A stretch of DNA of 64,000 nt, taken from contig CAVQKS010000003.1 of NCBI GenBank assembly GCA_963713155.1, positions 1,592-65,591 on the forward strand, given 5' to 3'. Positions 32,850 to 44,352 of the stretch are shown here, piece after piece. A program made the translations under genes and the position numbers. Each line of letters begins with the position of its first letter. The stretch's first letter is position 1. The notes under the pieces are model-generated. The model ran no database searches and was not told the DNA's origin. It saw only the letters and a list, made by a program, of their open reading frames with translations. The stretch comes from an uncultured Thermoleophilia bacterium (GTDB taxonomy: Bacteria > Actinomycetota > Thermoleophilia > Gaiellales > Gaiellaceae).

Positions 32850-33998
32850 TCAGCCTTCGGAGGCCGCCGCAGCTTCGGAGGCGGCCGCCGCTTCGGACGC
32901 CGCCGCCGCGGGGGCGGCGCCGTGACGCCGCATCTCTTCGACGGTGAGCGGCCAGCGCTCGAGCGGATAGTGGCAGCGCGTGAGGTGATCCGGCGCGGCT
33001 GCCCCGCGCGGCACGAGCTCGGGAGGCTCCACGTCGCACCGCCCCTCGACGAAGCGGGGGCAACGAGGATGAAACCGGCATGCGCTCGGCGGGTTGATCG
33101 GGCTCGGGACGTCGCCTTCGAGGACGATGCGCTGGCGGGCGCGGCCGACCTCGGGATCGGCGACGGGAACCGCAGAGAGCAGCGCCCCGGTGTATGGATG
33201 CTGCGGCGAGTCGTAGAGGTTGTTCCGGTCGCCGGACTCGACGATCTGTCCGAGGTACATCACGAGCACCCGGTCGGAGATGTAGCGCACGACATTCAGA
33301 TCGTGCGCGATGAAGATGTACGTGAGGTTGAAGTCACGTTGCAAGTCCTTGAGCAGGTTCAGCACCTGCGCCTGTACCGACACGTCGAGCGCCGAGACCG
33401 GCTCGTCGCAGACGATCAGCTTCGGGTTGACCGCGAGCGCGCGCGCAATCCCGATGCGCTGCCGCTGGCCGCCGGAGAACTCGTGCGGGAAGCGGTTGTA
33501 GTGCTCGGGGTTCAGGCCGACGACTTCGAGCAGTTCCTGCACGCGGCGCTTGATCTCGGCCGACGTCCCGAGCTTGTGCAGCTCGAGCGCCTCGGCGACG
33601 ATGAAGCCGACGCGCTTGCGGGGATTCAGCGATGCGTACGGGTCCTGGAAGATCATCATCATCTCGCGACGGTAGGGACGCATCGCGGCGCGCGAAAGAT
33701 GAGTGATGTCGCGCCCGCGGAAGATGATCCGTCCGCCGGTCGGTTCCAGCAGCTTCATGATGCAGCGCGCCATCGTCGACTTGCCGCAACCCGACTCGCC
33801 CACGACGCCCAGCGTCTCGCCTTCGTTCACGGTGAACGTCACACCGTCGACCGCCTGTACCGCAGCGATCTGCTTCTGGAAGATGATGCCTCGGCTGATC
33901 GGAAAGTACTTCTGGAGGCCGTCGACGACGAGCAGCTCGTCTCCGTGGAGCGGCCGGCCGTCCGTCGTCTCCGTAACCGGCTGGGCGGGGCTGCTCAT
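32850..33998 (-). CDS. peptide ABC transporter ATP-binding protein (OppF/DppF-type)
   Basis: Walker [10 protein letters not shown], signature FSGGQRQR, oligopeptide C-terminal CRFHPRCP motif, and an (AAAASE)x3 tail. ATGA overlap with the upstream ATPase gene. Confidence 0.9.
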   Translation of the reverse strand: MSSPAQPVTETTDGRPLHGDELLVVDGLQKYFPISRGIIFQKQIAAVQAVDGVTFTVNEGETLGVVGESGCGKSTMARCIMKLLEPTGGRIIFRGRDITHLSRAAMRPYRREMMMIFQDPYASLNPRKRVGFIVAEALELHKLGTSAEIKRRVQELLEVVGLNPEHYNRFPHEFSGGQRQRIGIARALAVNPKLIVCDEPVSALDVSVQAQVLNLLKDLQRDFNLTYIFIAHDLNVVRYISDRVLVMYLGQIVESGDRNNLYDSPQHPYTGALLSAVPVADPEVGRARQRIVLEGDVPSPINPPSACRFHPRCPRFVEGRCDVEPPELVPRGAAAPDHLTRCHYPLERWPLTVEEMRRHGAAPAAAASEAAAASEAAAASEG

Positions 33999-35017
33999 GC
34001 GGGTCCTGACGAGAAGAGGCTCAGCAGCCGCGCGGCCTCCCGGTCCTTCGTCTCCTCGTCGAGGTGACAGGCCTGGAGGTGCGCCGATTCGCCCGGCACC
34101 GGTTCCAGGGGCGGCGGGGTCGTCCGGCAGACGTCCATCACGTAGGCGCAGCGCGGATGGAACCGGCAGCCTCGTGGGGGCCGGAGCAGCGATGGAGGTT
34201 GGCCGGGAATCTGCGTGAGCCGCTCGAGATCGGCGTCCAGCCGGGGCAGCGATCCCATGAGGCCCCATGTGTACGGGTGATGCGGGTTCTTGAAGATGCG
34301 GTCGATCGGGCTCTTCTCGACGACCTCAGCCGCGTACATGACGATGACGTCGTCCGCGATCTCGGCGATCACGCCCAGATCGTGGGTGATCATGATCACC
34401 GCGCTGTCGTAGTCGGCCTGCAACTTCTCGATCAGCGCGAGAATCTGCGCCTGGGTGGTGACGTCGAGCGCGGTCGTCGGCTCGTCGGCGATCAGGAGGT
34501 CGGGGTCGTTGATGAGCGCCATCGCGATCATCACCCGCTGGCGCATCCCGCCCGAGAACTGGTGTGGGTAGTCGTCGATGCGGCGCTCGGCGCGCGGGAT
34601 GCCGACCTGCTTCAAGAGCTCGAGCGCGCGGGCCTTGGCCTGCGACTTCGAGACGTCCCGGTGCAGCACGACCGCCTCGACGAGCTGGGTGCCGATCGTG
34701 TGCACGGGATTCAGGCTCGTCATCGGGTCCTGAAAGACCATCGCGATGTCGTTGCCACGGATCTCGCGGAGCCGCGACGGGCTCGCCGTCAGCAGATCCT
34801 CGCCGTTGAAGAGCGCCTGGCCCGTCGAGGTCGTCCTCCGCTTCGGGTTCAGACCCATGATCGTCAGGCAGGTCACGCTCTTCCCCGAGCCCGATTCACC
34901 GACGATCCCGAGCGTCTGCCCCTTCTCGATCGAGAAGCTGACCCCGTCGACCGCCTTCACGACCCCGTCACCGGTCGCGAAATACGTCTTCAGGTCGTTG
35001 ACTTCGAGCAGGGGCAT
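33995..35017 (-). CDS. peptide ABC transporter ATP-binding protein (OppD/DppD-type)
   Basis: Walker A GESGSGKS, signature FSGGMRQR, and C-terminal CRFHPRC. Confidence 0.9.
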   Translation of the reverse strand: MPLLEVNDLKTYFATGDGVVKAVDGVSFSIEKGQTLGIVGESGSGKSVTCLTIMGLNPKRRTTSTGQALFNGEDLLTASPSRLREIRGNDIAMVFQDPMTSLNPVHTIGTQLVEAVVLHRDVSKSQAKARALELLKQVGIPRAERRIDDYPHQFSGGMRQRVMIAMALINDPDLLIADEPTTALDVTTQAQILALIEKLQADYDSAVIMITHDLGVIAEIADDVIVMYAAEVVEKSPIDRIFKNPHHPYTWGLMGSLPRLDADLERLTQIPGQPPSLLRPPRGCRFHPRCAYVMDVCRTTPPPLEPVPGESAHLQACHLDEETKDREAARLLSLFSSGPA

Positions 35018-35050
35018 GGGGGCCGAGAAAGATACTCCTTACTCTGAAGC

Positions 35051-36050
35051 CTAGGTGAGACGGATTCGCGGGTCGATCCAGGCGTAAAGCAGGTCGACGA
35101 CCAGGTTGAGCACGATGATCGCGGTGGTGGCGAAGACCAGGATGCCGAGCACGGTCGGGCTGTCGTAGTTGTTCAGGCTCTGGATCGTCTGATACCCGAG
35201 GCCGTTCAAGGAATAAACCGTCTCCGTGAAGACCGCGCCGCCCAGAGCCAGACCGACGTCCATGCCCAGCATCGTGACCACGGGCAGCAGGGCGTTGCGG
35301 AGAATGTGCGAGCGCATCACGCGCGTCTCGGGAGCACCCTTGGCCCGGGCGGTCCGCACGTAGTCCTCGTTCATCGTCTCGAGAACGTTCGCCCGGATCA
35401 TGCGGACGTAGATCGCCGCGAAGAGGATCGCGAACGTGATCCACGGGAGGAGTAGGTGGTAGGCCCACTGCACCGGTCCGCCCGGCTGTGCGTACAACGG
35501 GTGGAAGAAGTTGGCGTACCCGGCGATCGGCGTCCAGCCCAGCTTGTACCCGATCAGGTACGACGCAATCAGGCCGAGCCAGACGGGATGCGCAGAGATG
35601 CCAACCAGCACGCCGGTCATCGACACTCGGTCGAGCAGCGACCGGGGGCGGAGCGCGCTCAAGATGCCGATCGGCAGGGCGATCATCATCCAGAGGACCA
35701 TCCCTCCGAGCACGAGCGACGCCGTGACCGGCGCGGCTGCGCCGATGATGCTCGTCACCGGCTGGCGGTTGACGAACGAGTGCCCGAGATCCGGCGACTT
35801 CAGATGAGGACCGCCGGAGAAGCTGAAGGGAAGCAGACGGCCGAGGAACCTGCCGTACTGGACGTAGAGCGGACGGTCGGTACCGAGGTAATGCGCGACC
35901 TTCGGCAACTTCCACCGAGGTGCACGCCCTGCCGCACGCGAACTTCGCGGGGTCTGCCGGGATCAAGTAGAAGAGGACGAAACCGATCATCGTCACGACG
36001 ATGAAGAGCGCCACGGCCCAAATGCAACGGCGGATGATGTAGCGGATCAA
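35051..36050 (-). CDS. peptide ABC transporter permease (OppB/DppB-type), apparent frameshift near 35909-35920
   Basis: The N-terminus MIRYIIRRCIWAVALFIVVTMIGFVLFYLIPADPAKFACGRA is in the frame of ORF 34968..36050. The rest (…KVAHYLGTDRPLYVQYGRFL…YVRTARAKG…) is in ORF 35051..35908. Confidence 0.85.
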
Positions 36051-36094
36051 GGCTTCGTCACCTTCGCTTTCGGCTGGGGTTGCCGTTCGATTGT

Positions 36095-36132
36095 CGAGTG
36101 TGAGCGCCGGGCGGGGCCGGCGCTCACACTCG
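36095..36132 (-). repeat. perfect 16-bp inverted repeat / stem-loop between the binding-protein and permease genes
   Basis: CGAGTGTGAGCGCCGG-gcgggg-CCGGCGCTCACACTCG. It lies 31 nt after the SBP stop and about 45 nt before the permease start. No U-tract. Confidence 0.8.
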
Positions 36133-36163
36133 GTTACTGCATGTCGTGCGTTCGGGCCTCTTC

Positions 36164-37795
36164 CTACTTCAGGTAGAGGGTGCCGAGGTCCATCGTGCCG
36201 AACGCGGGCGAGAATTGATAACCGGCGGTGTTCGGACCGATGAAGTCGCGAACGTTGCGGTTGTCAATCGGTGCCCACGGGGCGTAGTTCTTCATCGTGT
36301 AGATGTCGAGCGAGCCCCACGCCTTCGAACGAGCCGTGCCGGTCAGCTTGTTGGCTGCGTCGATCTTGGAATCGACGGTCGGCTGGTTGAAGTAGGCGAG
36401 GTTGTTGTTGTTCGCGGCCTGGATGGTGCGGCCGTCGAGCAGGATGTGGAAGAAGTCGTATCCGTCGGCGTAGTCCTGGTACCAGCCGGCGAATGCGGCG
36501 TCGAAGTCAGCGCCCTTGACGCCAGCCGCGGTGTACAGGGCAAAGCCCACATACGACTTCGTGGTCACGTTGCAACCCATCTGGGTGAGGTTGTACTTGA
36601 GGATTCCCGACTGCGGCGTGCCCACGGGGCCCGTCGCATACCAGAGGTTGACGTTGCCGCACGCGCCGCCGGCGAGGGACTTGGCCTTCGCCGCCTGGGC
36701 ACCTGCGATGGGGTACAGCTTCTGGTCGTACACGCCGCCCGTGAGCGACTTCGGGAGGATCGTCGTCGTCCTCGTCCCGCCGAGCACACCGCGGACACGC
36801 AGCAGCGCCGGGCGGTCGATCGCGTAGTTGACCGCCTTCCGCACGGCTGCCGACTTGAACGAGTTGCCCTGGGTGTTCAGGGCGACGTAGTCGGTCTCCG
36901 GCGTCGGGTGGACGAAGAAGCGGCTCTTGTTGACGCCGAACTGCTTCTGGAGGTCGGCCGCAGCCGCCGGGTTGTCGAGGCCTTCAGGATCGGCCGCGTA
37001 CGTTCCGTTCGACACCTGCAGGTAGGTCTGCTGCGGATCCGTGTTCACCGTCATGACGATGACGTCAGAACGATGCGGGCGGTTGCCCTTGTAGTACGGA
37101 TTCGCCTTCAGCACGATCTGCTTGCCGACGGTCCGGCTCGCGATGTAGTACGGGCCCGAGCCCGGGAGCGTGTTGACGCCCTGCGGATTGACCGGCGTCT
37201 TCGACGGCTCGATCGCGCAGAAGAAGGGCATCGCCAGCTTGTCGAGCAGACCACCGTCGGTGGCGGTCAGCTTGATCGTCAGCTTGTTGCCCGACGCCGT
37301 GACGCCGCTGACCTTCGAGGCCTTCTTGTTGACGACGTTGTCGTAGCCGACGACGTCGCTCATGAAGGCGTTGACCGGGGAGTTCATCGAGGGGTTCGCG
37401 TCGCGGTTGAACGCGGCGACGAAGCTCGCAGCGGTGACTGGCGCACCGTCGTTGAACTTGATGCCCGGCTTGATCGTGAACGTGTAGGTCTTACCGTTGT
37501 TCGACACGACCGGGAAGCCGGCGGCTGCGTCGGGCGAGAGCTCCGAACTGCCTCCTCCGACGTCCGAGTAGTCGAGCAGCTTCGAACACGTCTCATACTC
37601 GATCTGCCACGAGAACGTGCCGTACGCGAGCGCGGGGTCTGTGAAGTCGACATCCGTCGCCGCAACGGCGAGGTTGAGAGTCTTCGAGGCGCTCTTGGCA
37701 CTGGTGCCGCCGGAGGCCGTCACGGCGACAGCTGCGGCAAGCGCCGCCACGCCGATCAGACTCAGCGGAACCCGGTACCACAGGCTCTTACGCAT
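36164..37795 (-). CDS. ABC transporter substrate-binding protein, family 5 (OppA/DppA-type)
   Basis: 543 aa with signal peptide MRKSLWYRVPLSLIGVAALAAAVAVTASGG and typical family-5 SBP length and composition. Confidence 0.85.
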   Translation of the reverse strand: MRKSLWYRVPLSLIGVAALAAAVAVTASGGTSAKSASKTLNLAVAATDVDFTDPALAYGTFSWQIEYETCSKLLDYSDVGGGSSELSPDAAAGFPVVSNNGKTYTFTIKPGIKFNDGAPVTAASFVAAFNRDANPSMNSPVNAFMSDVVGYDNVVNKKASKVSGVTASGNKLTIKLTATDGGLLDKLAMPFFCAIEPSKTPVNPQGVNTLPGSGPYYIASRTVGKQIVLKANPYYKGNRPHRSDVIVMTVNTDPQQTYLQVSNGTYAADPEGLDNPAAAADLQKQFGVNKSRFFVHPTPETDYVALNTQGNSFKSAAVRKAVNYAIDRPALLRVRGVLGGTRTTTILPKSLTGGVYDQKLYPIAGAQAAKAKSLAGGACGNVNLWYATGPVGTPQSGILKYNLTQMGCNVTTKSYVGFALYTAAGVKGADFDAAFAGWYQDYADGYDFFHILLDGRTIQAANNNNLAYFNQPTVDSKIDAANKLTGTARSKAWGSLDIYTMKNYAPWAPIDNRNVRDFIGPNTAGYQFSPAFGTMDLGTLYLK

Positions 37796-37899
37796 CCTGC
37801 TCCTTTCGATGGTGGACCGGGCGCAGAAGAGCCCGGTGTCGTCTCGCCATGCTGAGACGATGCGCTGAGCCGATTGTTAGCCCCCTGGACAGGGCCATT

Positions 37900-38955
37900 T
37901 CAGCGCGCGGAACGCGGGTCGAACGCGTCGCGCAGCCCGTCGCCGAGGAGGTTGAACGAGAGGGTCGTGATCAGGACGGCCAGGCCCGGCCAGAGCATGA
38001 GCCACGGGACCTGGAGATAGAACTGCGGGGCTTGCTCGAGCAGGTTGCCCCAGCTCGCCGTCGGCTCCTGGATCCCGATCCCGAGGAAGGACAGGCCCGC
38101 CTCGGCGAGGACGTTCTGGCCCACCGAGATGGTGGCGAGGACGATCATCGGCGCGACCAGGTGTGGAAGCAGGTGCGACCGGATGATCTTGTGGTCGCTC
38201 GAGCCGACCATGCGGGCAGCCTCGACGAACTCCTTCTCTCGGAGCGAGAGCACCTGCGCGCGCGCAATTCGGGCTGGATAGAACCACCCGAAGATCGAGA
38301 GCACCAAGGTGATCGTGAAGACCCCCTCCGGGAGGAACCCGAAGGTGATCTTGTTCAGCTCGGGGCCGGCGACGGCCGAGAGGGCGATGATGAAGAGGAT
38401 CACGGGAAACGCCATCGTCAGCTCGGTGACGCGGGAGATGATCATGTCGATCCAGCCGCCGAAGTACCCGGCGGCCGCCCCGAAGATGACCCCGAAGGTG
38501 ATCGAGATCGCCGTCGCGAAGATCGCGACCTCGAGCGACGCCTGCCCGCCGTAGAGCAGGCGCAGGAACTCGTCACGGCCCTCCGCCCCGTCGCTCCCGA
38601 GCGGGAAGAACACGCTCGGGAAGTTGCCGGTCGCACCGACGTACGGGACGTTCTTGAAGTGCGACCAGGGCCCGAGCGGAAGCGCTCCCGACGTCAGGCC
38701 GCCGTCGAAGATCTCGTTCGGCCCGTGGCCGAGGATCCACGCAAAGATCGGGGCCCCGACGAAGCAGAGCAGGATCAGCACCACGACCGAGATGCCACCC
38801 CCGAGCGCAGCCTTGTCCTTCTTCAGCGTGCGCCAGACGCCCTCCCAGTAGCCGCGCGCCTTGATTTCGTCGCCGAGCTCGAGCGGCTCCTCGAGCGTTG
38901 CACCACCGGCGGCGCCGGCATCCGCGTCAAGAGCTTCGTGCTCGGTCTGAGCCAC
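37900..38955 (-). CDS. peptide ABC transporter permease (OppC/DppC-type)
   Basis: 351 aa with a GTG start. An N-terminal extension is followed by …YWEGVWRTLKKDKAALGG… and the EAA-loop region …LREKEFVEAARMVGSS…. Confidence 0.88.
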   Translation of the reverse strand: MAQTEHEALDADAGAAGGATLEEPLELGDEIKARGYWEGVWRTLKKDKAALGGGISVVVLILLCFVGAPIFAWILGHGPNEIFDGGLTSGALPLGPWSHFKNVPYVGATGNFPSVFFPLGSDGAEGRDEFLRLLYGGQASLEVAIFATAISITFGVIFGAAAGYFGGWIDMIISRVTELTMAFPVILFIIALSAVAGPELNKITFGFLPEGVFTITLVLSIFGWFYPARIARAQVLSLREKEFVEAARMVGSSDHKIIRSHLLPHLVAPMIVLATISVGQNVLAEAGLSFLGIGIQEPTASWGNLLEQAPQFYLQVPWLMLWPGLAVLITTLSFNLLGDGLRDAFDPRSAR

Positions 38956-39024
38956 GTGCGAACTGTACCGCAGTCGGGTCGAAATCGTTGATCGAAATAC
39001 GAGAAGAAGGAATTCGAAAAAGGA

Positions 39025-39936
39025 TCAGCCGGAAAGGGCGTCGGCGCCCGCGACGACCTCCAGGATCTCCTGCGTGATCGCCGCCTGTCGCGCGCGGTTC
39101 ATCGCGAGCGTCAGGCTGTCGATCAACTCGCCCGCGGCCTTCGAGGCATTGCGCATAGCGGTCATCCGGGCCCCCTGTTCGGACGCGCCCGATTCGAGCA
39201 GCGCACGGTAGAGCTCCGTCTCGACGTACACGGGCAGGAGCCGCGCCAGGATCTCCTGGGGCTCGGGCTCGTAGATGAAGTCGGGGTGCCCGAGGTCGGA
39301 CGAGGTCTCGGCCGCATCCTCGTCGCCGTCGGCATCGGCCCGCTCGAGCAGATCCTGCGGAACCGGAAGGACGTCGCGGACCGTGACGCGCTGGACGAGC
39401 GGAGAGACGAAGGCGTTGTAGACGAGGACGACGCGGTCGACCCGACGCTCGATGAACGCCTCGGCGAGCGCGTGCGCCATCGCCTGCGCGTCGCCGTACG
39501 CGGGCCGCTCGCTGAAACCCGTCCACGCCTGGGCGACCTCGAGCCGGCGGAACCGCAGCGTCGACGCCGCCTTCCTTCCGGTCGAGAAGTACAGGACCTT
39601 CTGCCCCGCCGCCTCGGCCTCCCGCTGCAGGGCAAACGTTCGGCGCAGTACCTGCGCATTGAACGCGCCAGCCAGCCCGCGGTCGGCCGTCACCGGCACG
39701 AGCGCGATCGTCTCGATCGGGTCGCGACGTTCGAGCAACGGCAGCCGCACCGCACCGGCCGCCTGCGAGACACCGGCCATCAGCTCGAGCATGCGGTCCG
39801 CGTACGGACGCATCGCCTCGATCCGCATCTGGGCGCGCCGGAGACGCGCGGACGCGACCAGCTCCATCGCGCGCGTCAGCTTGCGCGTGTTCGTGATGGA
39901 GCGGACGCGCCGCTTCAGGTCCTGGGCCGAGGCCAT
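39025..39936 (-). CDS. atpG: F1 ATP synthase subunit gamma
   Basis: MASAQDLKRRVRSITNTRKLTRAMELVASARLRRAQ…AITQEILEVVAGADAL. Confidence 0.95.
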   Translation of the reverse strand: MASAQDLKRRVRSITNTRKLTRAMELVASARLRRAQMRIEAMRPYADRMLELMAGVSQAAGAVRLPLLERRDPIETIALVPVTADRGLAGAFNAQVLRRTFALQREAEAAGQKVLYFSTGRKAASTLRFRRLEVAQAWTGFSERPAYGDAQAMAHALAEAFIERRVDRVVLVYNAFVSPLVQRVTVRDVLPVPQDLLERADADGDEDAAETSSDLGHPDFIYEPEPQEILARLLPVYVETELYRALLESGASEQGARMTAMRNASKAAGELIDSLTLAMNRARQAAITQEILEVVAGADALSG

Positions 39937-39940
39937 TGGG

Positions 39941-41467
<1,527 letters not shown>

Positions 41468-41472
41468 GGCGG

Positions 41473-41991
41473 TCAGCTCCTTGCGGTTGCGAGGTCGTGG
41501 CGAAGTCGTTCGAGCCGGCCGCGGACGCTCGCGTCCAGCCTCATCGAGCCGGCCTGCAGGACGAGACCTCCGATCAATCCTTCGTCGACCGAGCGCGTCG
41601 CCTGCACCTTGCGGCCTGAGGCTTCTTCGATCTGGGCGAGGATGCGCCCGAACTCGTCGTCCGAGAGCGCGTGGGCTGTCGTCAGCTCCACGTCGAGAAT
41701 GCGGTCCGCCTCGGCGACGAGCGCGTCGAACTCGCGGGCGATCCCGGCAAGCGACTCGGCACGTCCTTTCTCGGCGATCAGGCGGACGAAGTTGACGAGG
41801 AGCTGGTCGGCCCCTTCGGCGATCCGAGACAGGATGTCCGCCTTCACCCGCGAGTCGATCTCCGGGTTCGAGAGCACGATGCCGAGCTCGTCCGAGCCGG
41901 CGACGCCGTCGCGCAGCGCGTCGAGGTCGGCCTGGACCTTTTCGACCCGGCCCTCGTCGCGCGCAGCCTCGAACAGGGCGCGCGCATACAC
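41473..41991 (-). CDS. atpH: F1 ATP synthase subunit delta
   Basis: 172 aa. The position between atpF and atpA, and the OSCP-like sequence. Confidence 0.85.
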   Translation of the reverse strand: MYARALFEAARDEGRVEKVQADLDALRDGVAGSDELGIVLSNPEIDSRVKADILSRIAEGADQLLVNFVRLIAEKGRAESLAGIAREFDALVAEADRILDVELTTAHALSDDEFGRILAQIEEASGRKVQATRSVDEGLIGGLVLQAGSMRLDASVRGRLERLRHDLATARS

Positions 41992-42005
41992 ACGTTCCGC
42001 GGCGG

Positions 42006-42530
42006 CTACGACCGGCTCCCTTCGAGTTGTGAGAAGTCGATCTCCGAGAGCGCCTCGTCGATCAGCCGGCGCTGGTCGGCCGTGTCGAGCGACTTGCGGG
42101 TGATCTTCTCAGCCGCGGCGACGCTGAGCTTGCCGACCTCTTCACGGATCTCTCCGATCGCCTGGTGCGTCGCCTGCTCGATCTGTCGGCGCGTCTCCTC
42201 GAGACGACGCTGGCGGTCCTCCTCGGTCTCGGCCCGCACCCGTTCGCGCTGCGCGTCGGCGACCTGCCGGGCCTCGGCGAGGATCTCCTCCGACTGCGAC
42301 CGCGCCTCGCCGATCAGCTTGCGGTGCTCCTCGAGCAGATGCCGGGCCTCCTCGCGGGCACGGTCGGCTTCGTCGACCGCGTTCTGGATGCGCTCACGGC
42401 GATCGTCGATCATCTTCTGGACGTAGCCGAAGGCGTATCGCTTGAGCACGAAGTACGTCACGCCGAAGCAGACGATCGTCCAGATCATCAGCCCCGGGGT
42501 GACCTGGATGAGCGGGTTGGACGCGAGCAT
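42006..42530 (-). CDS. atpF: Fo ATP synthase subunit b
   Basis: A single N-terminal TM segment followed by a long charged helix. Confidence 0.85.
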   Translation of the reverse strand: MLASNPLIQVTPGLMIWTIVCFGVTYFVLKRYAFGYVQKMIDDRRERIQNAVDEADRAREEARHLLEEHRKLIGEARSQSEEILAEARQVADAQRERVRAETEEDRQRRLEETRRQIEQATHQAIGEIREEVGKLSVAAAEKITRKSLDTADQRRLIDEALSEIDFSQLEGSRS

Positions 42531-42552
42531 CGTGGATCGGCCTCCGGATCGG

Positions 42553-42816
42553 CTAGACGAGGACGTAGGCGAGGATCGAGCCGAGCAGCCCGTAGAACAC
42601 GACCGCCTCGGTGAGCGCGAAGCCGAGCCACTGGATGCCCTGCAGCTCGCCCCGGAGCTCTGGCTGCCGGGCGACCGACTGGATCATCGACCCGAAGATG
42701 TTGCCGATGCCGACCCCGGCGCCCAGCGCGCCGAGGCCCACCCCGAGCGCGAGGCCGATGGCCTTGCCGGCCTTCGTGACGTCGCCGGTGGTGGCGGCGA
42801 GGATGACAGCGTGCAT
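42553..42816 (-). CDS. atpE: Fo ATP synthase subunit c
   Basis: 87 aa, two TM helices, loop ARQPE, and a carboxylate in helix 2 (LTEAVVFYGL). Confidence 0.93.
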   Translation of the reverse strand: MHAVILAATTGDVTKAGKAIGLALGVGLGALGAGVGIGNIFGSMIQSVARQPELRGELQGIQWLGFALTEAVVFYGLLGSILAYVLV

Positions 42817-42828
42817 GTGCGATCCCTC

Positions 42829-43680
42829 CTAGTGCTCGGCCTCGATGGCCGAGCCGATGTAGATGGCTGACAGAGCGGCGAAGATGAAGGCCTGGATGCC
42901 GACGACGATCACGACCTCGAAAACGTAGAAGAGCGTCGCGGGGATGATCACGGGAATCAGGGCCAGCGACTGGAAGATGAAGATCAGCCCCAGGAAGGTC
43001 AGGATCAGGATGTGGCCCGCGAGCATGTTGGCGAAGAGACGGACGGAGAGCGAGATCAGGCGCATGAACTGGCCGAGGATCTCGAGGGGGACGATCAGCG
43101 CGAGGAGCGGCTTCGGGGCCTCGGGGATCCAGCTCTTGAAGTAGCGCACCGGCCCGTTCCAGCGGACTCCTTCGACGTGCGTGAAGATGAACGTGAGCAG
43201 CGCCAGGGCGAGCGTCACGGAGAGCGAGCTGGTCGCCGCATAGATCCCCCACGTCGGGATCCCATGCCATGTCTCGCCGGTCAGCGGGAGCGGGATGAAC
43301 CCGAGCAGGTTGACGACGAAGATGAAGAGCATCAACGTCGCGACGTACGGGAACCAGCGTGCGATAGCCTTGTGCGGCAATCCTTGCTCGGCGACCTGCG
43401 TCTGGGCGATCTCGTAGACGATCTCGCCGAAGGTCTGCCTGCGGCCCGGCTTGCCACCGATGCGCGCGCGCATGAAGACGATGCCGAAGAGGATCGTCAC
43501 CACGGTCCCGAGCATCAGGTACACGACCGCCTTCGTGATCGAGAGGTTGAGCGGGCCGAGGTGGATCGGGACCCAGTCCTTCTGCTCGAATTCCTTCGTC
43601 GGGTCGAACGATCCGCGCGCAAAGGCGTTCGCGGGGAGCATGAGCATCAGGGTCGTGAGTGCGAGCAGCGCGCGTCTCAT
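42829..43680 (-). CDS. atpB: Fo ATP synthase subunit a
   Basis: The ATG at 43680 (ATGA overlap with the upstream gene) gives 283 aa. Conserved LSVRLFANMLAGH motif. Confidence 0.9.
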   Translation of the reverse strand: MRRALLALTTLMLMLPANAFARGSFDPTKEFEQKDWVPIHLGPLNLSITKAVVYLMLGTVVTILFGIVFMRARIGGKPGRRQTFGEIVYEIAQTQVAEQGLPHKAIARWFPYVATLMLFIFVVNLLGFIPLPLTGETWHGIPTWGIYAATSSLSVTLALALLTFIFTHVEGVRWNGPVRYFKSWIPEAPKPLLALIVPLEILGQFMRLISLSVRLFANMLAGHILILTFLGLIFIFQSLALIPVIIPATLFYVFEVVIVVGIQAFIFAALSAIYIGSAIEAEH

Positions 43681-44078
43681 CTCGTGGCCCTCCCGGCCTG
43701 CGGGCCGGTGTAGTACGCGACGAGCTGCAGCCCGAACGCAGCGCTGTATGCGGCGGCATACGTGAGCGCCGCCGCGAGGCCGACCCACTTGTCGGTCACC
43801 GCAACGGCGAACACGACCACCATCACGGCGATCGCCCTGAAGAGCATGAGAAAGCCAGCCACGCCTGCGGCGGCGAGGTTACCCGTCCGCGCGCGCAGCC
43901 GCGTGAGGACCGCACCGAGCGCCTCCGACCCGGCCCACAGCACCGCTCCGATCGCCCAGCCGTCGATCGGCCAGCCCGCGAGCAGGAAGAGCGGCAGGCT
44001 GACGATGAGCACGATCGCGCCGGCAACCGCGGGCAGGAGTGCGGGCGGCGCGACCCTCGGCTCAGTCCAGGCTGGCAT
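43677..44078 (-). CDS. atpI: ATP synthase protein I-like membrane protein
   Basis: 133 aa, four hydrophobic helices, located immediately upstream of atpB. Confidence 0.55.
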   Translation of the reverse strand: MPAWTEPRVAPPALLPAVAGAIVLIVSLPLFLLAGWPIDGWAIGAVLWAGSEALGAVLTRLRARTGNLAAAGVAGFLMLFRAIAVMVVVFAVAVTDKWVGLAAALTYAAAYSAAFGLQLVAYYTGPQAGRATR

Positions 44079-44302
44079 CAGACGTTTCGATACTTGATCA
44101 CAGTGGCAGCGACTCCAACAGGGATCCCGACGACGGATCCGAGTGCGAGCCCGAGGCCGACCTGCCCCACCGCCCAGCCGATCAGCGTGCCGACGGCGAT
44201 GCACGCAGCGGTGAAGCCGATCAGAACGCTGCCGGCACCGGCGAGGGAGAACGTCGGTTGCTCGGGCCTCACCCGGTCGGGATCGTACCAGGTTTGTAAC
44301 AC
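44078..44302 (-). CDS. AtpZ/AtpI-family small membrane protein
   Basis: 74 aa with two TM helices (SLAGAGSVLIGFTAACIAVGTLIGWAVG…). First gene of the atp cluster. Confidence 0.55.
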   Translation of the reverse strand: MLQTWYDPDRVRPEQPTFSLAGAGSVLIGFTAACIAVGTLIGWAVGQVGLGLALGSVVGIPVGVAATVIKYRNV

Positions 44303-44352
44303 GCGTTTCGGCTAATTGATCGGAGGTTGGCCAGAGCTTGTGACGATCTGCC

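Noticed and set aside
32850-32915. A short-period DNA repeat that might be a CRISPR- or VNTR-like array.
   Set aside because: It is three imperfect 18-nt units inside the oppF coding sequence, encoding AAAASE. There are no spacers and no cas genes in the window.
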